Below, in pieces: positions 58,401 through 64,000 of a stretch of 64,000 nucleotides of DNA. The notes beneath the pieces were generated by a model. The model saw nothing but the letters and a program-made list of their open reading frames with translations, searched no databases and had not been told where the DNA came from. The stretch's first letter is position 1, and every line of letters begins with the position of its first letter. The position numbers were made by a program, and so were the translations under genes. The DNA comes from Klebsormidium nitens (Eukaryota; Plantae; Klebsormidiophyceae), in contig DF237037.1 in the NCBI GenBank assembly GCA_000708835.1, positions 124,001 to 188,000 on the forward strand, written 5' to 3'.

Positions 58401-59489
58401 TGTCGAGGCCCCCATGCAAGAGCAATCTGGGTTGCTTTCTGGGCAGCGATGTGGAAAGCGATGATGAATCGAGTATCCCCCGTCCGGTGAGCAAACAATC
58501 CAATCTCCTGCCTGATTCTAGCATGTGGAATGTAGAAAGGATTCTGCCATAAAAAGCATTGCCACCAATGCAAGATAGACTTTGATAGTAAGTTCGTCCT
58601 CAAAGAAAAGTAAAACAATCCCTTTCACAGAGGAGCAGAGTTCTGAATGCTTGCACTTGATGGGGCACCCTCGCTTGGCCATGATAAGTAGGCTATGAAA
58701 CCTCAGAGTGAAAAAGAAAACGCCGCCCTTTTGAACTTTTCATAAGAGGGAGGTTGTATTGGACGAGCTCTTATAGCTCTCTAACACAAAGGTTTCAAGG
58801 TTGTGGTCAGCAAGAGGCGCCCATGTTTTGCCAGGACTTGTGTATGCCTGGTGTGTTAGGAGTCGTTATTTGGTATGGTGGCGCGAGTTTTTACCTTACA
58901 TTTCAATCCGTTATGTGCTGCTTCAGACTTGATAGATCTTGCAATTAGTGCTCGCTTTGTCAGTGCCTCTTGACCAACAAATATCAAAAGCTTCCCATGT
59001 TGTGCCCCCAAACTGGCTCCGAATGGAGTCAAGCTGCAACATTTGAAAATTGTTGACCTGACATCAAGAAAAACAGCTACATGGCAGAATTTGAGAAGCG
59101 TGATGCCAGGTTTAGTCAAAACGGCCAATCGAAAGTCTGTCTAAGCCACCTGGCGCTTTGTCCAACATCTCTCAAAGCTGAAGGGGATCAAGTCCAACGC
59201 TAAGGTCTTTGCCTGCCCGCTACTGGAGTGTGCTTGTCAAGCTTCATTGTAAGCGCTGGGAATTTGTGAGAGGAAAAGAAAACCGCGCTGATGCTTTCCC
59301 GACACCTAACATCAACCTGTGAACTTTTGAAACTAGATTGGTGCACCCTCTTGCTCCTCAGCTTTCCTGCTATGTTTCCATTTTGATGCCAGATTACGTA
59401 GTAATTCATTGTTTAGGTTGAGTCTACAATTGCTGTGGGGGGAAGAAACACAGAAGGATAAAGCAAGGAACGGCCGTGACTTTGTTCGC

Positions 59490-62142
59490 ATGCAGCCCCG
59501 ACCTTCCCCGTCCCCGCCAGTTCCGCAGAACCAGGGCTTTCTTCAACACCGACTGTGGCAAGACATGACAACCGAGGACTTCAAAAACTTCGAGGACATT
59601 GAGAACGTGGTGGCCATTCTACCGGTAGCTGCGATCGAACAGCACGGGCCGCATCTCCCGGTCTGCACGGACGCCTGCATAAACGAGGTGGGTTAAGGGC
59701 TCGGTTATCGAGCGGCGTTAACATTAGCGGTCCAAGCAATCCAAGCAATCCAAGCAACAATCACCTTCACGAGCCCGCACTGAAAAGCATGCTAGCCCGA
59801 CGTGAAAGGACGTGAAAGAACGTGTCCGATTCTGCAGAGTTGAATAGTGCGACCCGCAGGGAAGTCTCGTGCAGGGACGATTCTTGTTTCAATGAAAACG
59901 AAACGACCCTGGCCTTGAACCCCTTGTGAAGCCTCCCCCCATCTACGATATGGTTTTCTGTATATCTTATTTAAACATTACCTTCTCGCCCATGTTCGGG
60001 ACTGCCAATCATTTTGTAATGGTTCTGTTTCAACCCCAAGCCCAGAACTGAAGTGCACTCAACCAACAAATCCACGTCGTTCTCGCAGGGCGTCCTGAGG
60101 CGAGCCCTCGAGCTGTTACCCCAGAACGTCCCCACTCTAGTTCTTCCCGCCATGCCCATTGGCAAATCCAACGAGCACCTCGCCTTCCCCGGCACGCTTT
60201 CCCTCAGCGCAGCAACGCTGACCGCCCTTTGGACAGACATTGGACAGTCCGTGGCGAAAGCTGGCGTCCGAAAACTGGTCCTTTTCAACTCGCACGGCGG
60301 TCAGCCCCAGGTGCGTTCCGATCTCATTGAGTGGTCGGCTGTTTGGTTTATGTGCTGCCCTCGTTACGGACATGCACGGATTCTTCTGTATCCTGGGTTT
60401 CTCGTCGTCCGCCTTTGCACGACAGTCCGCAGCGAACGCTGGCGTCCATAAGGTAGTCTTCTTCAACTCGCACGGCAGCCAGCCGCAGGTGTCTTCTGTC
60501 CTAACGCTTTGTCCTCTTTTGGACTCCGATTCCGCCCTCGTTCCGAGATTTGCGCGGACAGTCTATAGCGAGGGCGGGCGTCCGGAAGGTGGTTCCTTGC
60601 ATTTCGCACAGATGCCATCCGCCGCTGCGTTCCGTTCGGTTGCTTTGTCTGTTGTATGAAGGAAGGAAGGACGAAGACGGTTGCCACAACGCCCATCCGC
60701 TGAATCCTGCATATCCTGGGAACTGGTGCCCGCGAGCTTCGCATTTGCCGCCACACTCTAATGGTCGTCGATCCGCAAGCTGTGCAGAGGGTCCATTAAT
60801 GCTTCTCCAGTCCGCCGCCTCTTCCAAGGAAAGCTTTTGAATCTGAAATTTGATGATATGACCGCAGGTACTGACATTTGCGCGTGAGTTGTGCGCAACG
60901 TCTGTGGTGACTTTTGGTTGGTTCACTGTCGGCACTCTCAAGGTCCCGTTTCTTGAATCTAACAAGGGCCTATTTCTTGAGCCTGATTCCGAAGTGTCCA
61001 AATTAGTGATCAACCGTTGGATTCCCTACTCTGTCCGGGGAGTGGACATAGTCGCACGCGAGCTGCAAAGCTGCTGCAACATCTTCGTTGTGATGCCAAG
61101 TTGGTTCAACTCTGGGACTCCAGCGAGGCTTTTATCAAAATACTCCCTAACCCACAGACCCTTCTTTTTCAGAATTTCAAGTCCCTGTCCTTTCTGTTGC
61201 AGATAATGGACATAGTCGCCCGCGAGCTGCGCATCCGCTGCAACATGTTCGTGGTGACTTTGAGTTGGTTCAGTTTCGGCACGCCGGAGGGCCTCTTTCC
61301 GAAGCACGAGATCCGGCATGGGATCCATGGGGGCGCCGTCGAGACGTCCATGATGATGCATCTGCGGCCGGACCTAGTTAAGCACGACAAGGTGAGGGTT
61401 ATGCAGCTAACCTCGGGATATGGGTGTGGTTCGGGAGGTTCGATGGCAGAATAAGGGCGTCAAGATCAAAACTTCGTATAATGCGCCTGAGCTGGACCTG
61501 CTTAGGCAGCTCAACCCAGGACTTACAGAACTTAACATGGTGACGGTGACGAGGCGAGAGTTTGTAAAGATCAGCGAGTCGCCCACGCCTTTGATGTTTG
61601 GTTCTCCAGGATCTGGCGGAACGAACCAAGTTGTGTCGACAGAATCATCCAAAGCTCTTTGCGTCGGATCTCGGGCGCCCAGAATACTCGTTTGCGAAGG
61701 GCGTCCCACCGCCAGTTTCAACATGAGTGCGGAGCATTTGACTTTCGCCTTTTCATTGCCAGAGCGGTCCAGCTTTCCACGCCCCACCTGCATGAGCGGC
61801 CCACCTGTTGACACGGCTTTCTTGTCCTCTCTCCAGTGCCGCAACTTCGAATCGCTGACCTCCAAGATGGAGAACGAGGGGTACCGACGATTGCAAGCGG
61901 AGGGGGGCGTCGGGTTCGGTTGGCAAATGCAAGACCTACACGAGTCGGGTGCGGCAGGGGACGCCACAAATGCGGACGCCGAGAGGGGAGAAGAGTTGGT
62001 GGAATTTGCCGCGGAGCGGCTAGTAGAGTTGCTGGGCGAGGTTCACCGTTACCCGTTGAGTAACATCAGGTCGAGAGATGGCGTTGCGGAGGCGTTGGAA
62101 CTGGCTTCGAGTCACAACGGGAGGTGGCGGCCGAACGGATGA
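59490..62142 (+). CDS. Creatininase/creatinine amidohydrolase-family protein (bacterial-like metallo-amidohydrolase)
   Basis: Exons 59490-59687, 60089-60310, 61203-61391, 61837-62142, all joined in phase 0. Motifs: LPVAAIEQHGPHLPVCTD, IGKSNEHLAFPGTLSL, LFNSHGGQ, GIHGGAVETSMMMHLRPDLV, FGWQMQDLHESGAAGDA. An upstream in-frame acceptor (~59417) allows a longer N-terminus. Confidence 0.92.
60400..60625 (+). repeat. Two degenerate copies of the 3' end plus donor of creatininase exon 60089-60310
   Basis: The copies translate as QSAANAGVHKVVFFNSHGSQPQ|GT (ending 60487) and QSIARAGVRKVVPCISHRCHPP, versus the real QSVAKAGVRKLVLFNSHGGQPQ|GT. Confidence 0.92.
60860..61145 (+). repeat. Two degenerate copies of the 5' part of creatininase exon 61203
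   Basis: The copies translate as VLTFARELCATSVVTFGWFTVGT and VDIVARELQSCCNIFVVMPSWFNSGTPARLLSKY, versus the real IMDIVARELRIRCNMFVVTLSWFSFGTPEGLFPKH. Confidence 0.92.
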
Positions 62143-63938
62143 CGGATGTGTTGCGAGGAGTTGGCGCGTTCGCTTAAGTTGACATTACAATCGAATCAGG
62201 ACCGCTTGATTGGGCAGATTGCCCCCCAATGGATCCAGCTTTCAGTGTACAGTAGTAAAGAGGTCAACGGGATCCTCTCTGGTTGGCTTTTGCCAGCGTT
62301 TGGTCCTTCTGTCAATCAAGCCTCACGAGAAGAAGTGCGGCTGGCCAGCAGTGCCGCATGCGCAATATACAGTTATTGTACCTCAATTGAAAACATATAT
62401 CAATTAAGCGTTTACCATCAATGTTTACGTCGTCCACCGTGTCTTACACTGTATCCTGCCAGATATTGCATGGGCGGCCACTTCCACCAATGTAGCCTAC
62501 TTCCGACGTTGGTTCGGAAAATCAGTGATCGATTGGCCGCCGGACGTCATATTCACTTGCTCGCACTGATGAGTTGAAACAAACGACCGTTGAATGCGCC
62601 GCGTGCCAAACCGTCAGTGATATTCGAATATATGAATCACATATATGAATCACATCTACGCGAGCACCATATATAATTGTTGCGCTCGAGTGCGCGCACG
62701 CTGCAGTGCTGATGAGTCAGGTCACTTGTCTTAATAAATAACTGTGATCAGGCATTTAACGTTGTATAATGATGTCCCTTTGTTCAACCAGTCAAGCTAG
62801 CTTTGTGCTGGGCCGGCGCCGGCCCGTCCGGGGCCTGCTTAGTACAGATCGCGTAGGTACATGCCGTCAGTGCGCATGCGTGCCGCGCCGCAGTAACGCA
62901 TTCAGAGACCGCGCAACGAAAGTGCGGCAGAACGTATCATGCGCTTAGTCACTTTGAGTGCCCACGGGCCGCTATGACCTCGTGAGTCTTACCGCGAGTC
63001 TGAGTGTGACTCTGGCAGAGCGTTCAACGCTTATGAGCTTTACGTACCCATGTAAGGTATTGTCCGGCAATGAGACGTACCGATGATACTGGCAAGCGCC
63101 TGCTGCAAAAGTATCATGCGATCGCCATCTCACTAGGTACATCCAAGTCTTTGCTTGATGATCGGATGGAATGAAATGTGCTAGATGAAAGACAGCGTTG
63201 ACCGAAGTGACCAAACACGCTGGGGCTGGCCAAGTCAGTACAAACTTTTGCGGCGTTATGACTTATTCACATATGTCAGTGGATTATGTGAGTGGCTGGC
63301 AGTTTAACAAAATTCCTACTGAGTATATAACAGCCCAACAAACGTGGCTAGCTGCTCAGATTATACCTGAACTGAGTTATACAAGCTAGCTACTAGCTAA
63401 TGAAATTCCAACTAAGATACGATGTTAAGGACGGGTCAAGCTGATATCTCTAAAGCAAAAGGTTCAGAACCTATGCCTATGATTTCGTAGCAGCTTACAT
63501 GCCTGGAGCTAGCCAGCTAGTGAGTCCGCGGCTTAGACACATAAAGATGAGTGGATGCGGGAGTCCTACTGCGCTCGCTCTAATCAAACCCTACGGTTTT
63601 TATCAATTGATTTCAGTCGAGCCTGCGATCTTCTTTCCACTGAACAGGTACGCACTATGTACGACCGCGCAGTTGCTCTCGTTAGTTCAGCGGACAATAC
63701 TCGCTGCTAGATTTACTGCAATACTCTTACGAAAGGATCTGGCTACTCTATGCAGTTTTTTATAGGCCCCACCTTTCGAAGTCGCCTGATTGCCAACTCC
63801 GAACAGATACAAACCCTTGACAAGATACGCTAGGGTTGAAACTCAACACCCTTTTAGGATCACGCTTGCTTGTCAATGTCAAGAGTGACGAGAGCGATGA
63901 AAGCAACCGCACGCGCGAGCAAGCCGTAGGCAACTAGA

Positions 63939-64000
63939 ATGGCGATGGAGGATCCAAAGTCGGACATCCCGAAGCCCGCCTTCTCCATCATCGCGCAACG
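63939..64000 (+). CDS. Possible start of a gene running off the right edge
   Basis: ATG in GC3-rich codons: MAMEDPKSDIPKPAFSIIAQR, open to the window end. Too short to identify. Confidence 0.3.
   Translation, partial: MAMEDPKSDIPKPAFSIIAQ

Noticed and set aside
58064-58618. Overlapping ORFs of 80-162 aa on both strands
   Set aside because: No motifs, no coding-like codon bias and no consistent splice pattern.

Overview
This is eukaryotic, intron-rich (GT-AG) nuclear DNA. The gene content (IFT144, an HD-Zip-type homeobox gene, a Slo/BK-type K+ channel, a plant-type TBC RabGAP) points to a flagellate-stage streptophyte alga such as Klebsormidium; that assignment is inference. I built gene models by hand from splice sites and frame continuity. 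They are: the first exon of an F-box/LRR gene (-, runs off the left edge); a RING + TRAF-type zinc-finger protein (-); a ~17-exon Slo/BK-like potassium channel (+); an orphan Pro-rich/coiled-coil gene (+); a TBC RabGAP (-) head-to-head with a ~23-exon WDR19/IFT144 (+); a divergent homeodomain-leucine zipper gene (-) with apparent frame breaks; a bacterial-like creatininase-family amidohydrolase (+); and possibly another gene start at the right edge. The most striking feature is a recurrent pattern of 'splice-junction echoes'. About 15 introns in four unrelated genes contain 1 to 7+ tandem, variably decayed copies of their own intron-exon junction, each carrying part of the neighbouring exon plus the splice site. 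Some copies keep apparently intact splice sites whose use would break the frame. I found no support for tRNA, rRNA, CRISPR or an autonomous transposon. Exon boundaries are manual predictions without RNA evidence.
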